Below, piece after piece: positions 62,909 through 64,000 of a DNA stretch of 64,000 nucleotides. A program made the translations under genes and the position numbers. Numbering within the stretch: the first letter of the stretch is position 1; each line of letters opens with the position of its first letter. The stretch is taken from NCBI GenBank assembly GCA_951406725.2, contig OX597814.1, forward strand, positions 167,152,001 through 167,216,000, in the 5' to 3' direction. Below the pieces are notes generated by a model. That model worked only from the letters and a program-made list of their open reading frames with translations. It did not search any database and was not told where the DNA came from. This DNA is from Octopus vulgaris. Taxonomy: Eukaryota.

Positions 62909-64000
62909 CGTTAATTGATTTCCCTTTTCTTCTCTGTTAAAATAATTTCCCCATTACCATGTTTACTGATTTCAATTGAAATATTTCCGATCTATCATGA
63001 AAGAGGAAATCCTTCAAGAAGTTTAGAATGTCATCGGTCTCACTATACTGATAAATAAAACAATCTTGCATTCTGTTGTTGTTGATGTTGTTGCTGCTGT
63101 TTTCATCATCATCGTCTTCATAATCTTTGTTGTCATCATAATTTTTATTCTTGTTCTTGTTTATGTTGATGTTTTTCATACTGATAGAGGTTGTTGGGGG
63201 TTTATGTGATTAAAGTGTAAGTGTCTGTGGGCGGGATGATGATAGTGGAGTGATAGCAAGAGTCTGGAATAAGGAGCAGGGGGTGAGGCTGTAACAAGCA
63301 GACGGGGGTGCACTATATATAGTAGAGCAGCTTTATGAATGGAAATGAGATCCAGTCAATACTCTGAAATGCATGCTTCTTAACTATTCGTTATTAAAAA
63401 ATACTCCTCAAAAGGCAGAGGAGGAAACAGGATCTAATTTTTAATAGGTTTTAAAAAATTCAAATCAAACCAATTTGAAAGAAATTGAAGTAATTAATAC
63501 AGGACCATCTTAATACATTTTGATACCAACCCACCTCAGACTGTCCCTGGCTCCATGATGAAAATTCAGTATCTTTAGGTGAACTTAATTAAAAGGTTTC
63601 ATAAATGTCATAATTATGTTCCAAACACCAGGGTAATAATGGTAGTGTTACTTTACTAAATTCTTCATTATTTTTAAAACTAAACAAACATTTTTCAACA
63701 GAAATAGGTTAACAAAAGGGTAAAGTGTTAGATCTGTATTTTAATGTATTTTTATCTTCAATTTAGATCATGATCTAAATATTTTATTGATTTAGGTTTT
63801 TTTTCCCACAAGACAAATTTTGTATTAAAAATAGTCAAAGTCTAAAGTTCTGTTAAATCAAATATGATGGGTTGTATAGAATATCGGGGAACATAAGATA
63901 AAATGTATTTTTTTATAAGTGCCATACATATGGTATGGAACAGAGAATGATGTACAGAATGGATTTAATAGTTATCAAGTTAACAGGTAAATAGTTAGAA

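Noticed and set aside
61998-63179. His/Thr-, Cys/Val- and Asn/Asp-rich ORFs (also at 18.8-19.1, 37.2 and 40.4 kb)
   Set aside because: These are translations of micro- and minisatellites with no splice or homology support.

Overview
AT-rich, intron-containing, repeat-dense animal genomic DNA. The SINE families and microsatellite load look like a coleoid cephalopod, probably Octopus (inference). Two protein-coding genes lie on the minus strand. The first is a complete 13-exon adenylosuccinate lyase (ADSL, ATG 23644 to TAA 4252, 478 aa, all introns GT-AG). The second is the last six coding exons of an SLC38A11-like amino-acid transporter (60712 to 48880), whose 5' part lies beyond the window. 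The rest is mobile DNA: tRNA-derived SINEs, CR1 and RTE LINE fragments, Tc2-, Merlin- and piggyBac-like MITEs, a DD41D-type mariner relic, nested Helitrons and Naiad-type Penelope-like elements (PLEs). The most striking non-genic signal is about 14 minimal type-I hammerhead ribozyme motifs from about 7 sequence families. They occur as inverted pairs, a ~300-nt tandem pair and (TA)n-flanked solos, several inside ADSL and SLC38A11 introns. Also notable are an ADSL Ser codon (AGT in a UAG context) at a usually Gly position, which is a candidate A-to-I recoding site, and a SINE family with three different tails. All coordinates were read by eye; repeat boundaries are approximate.
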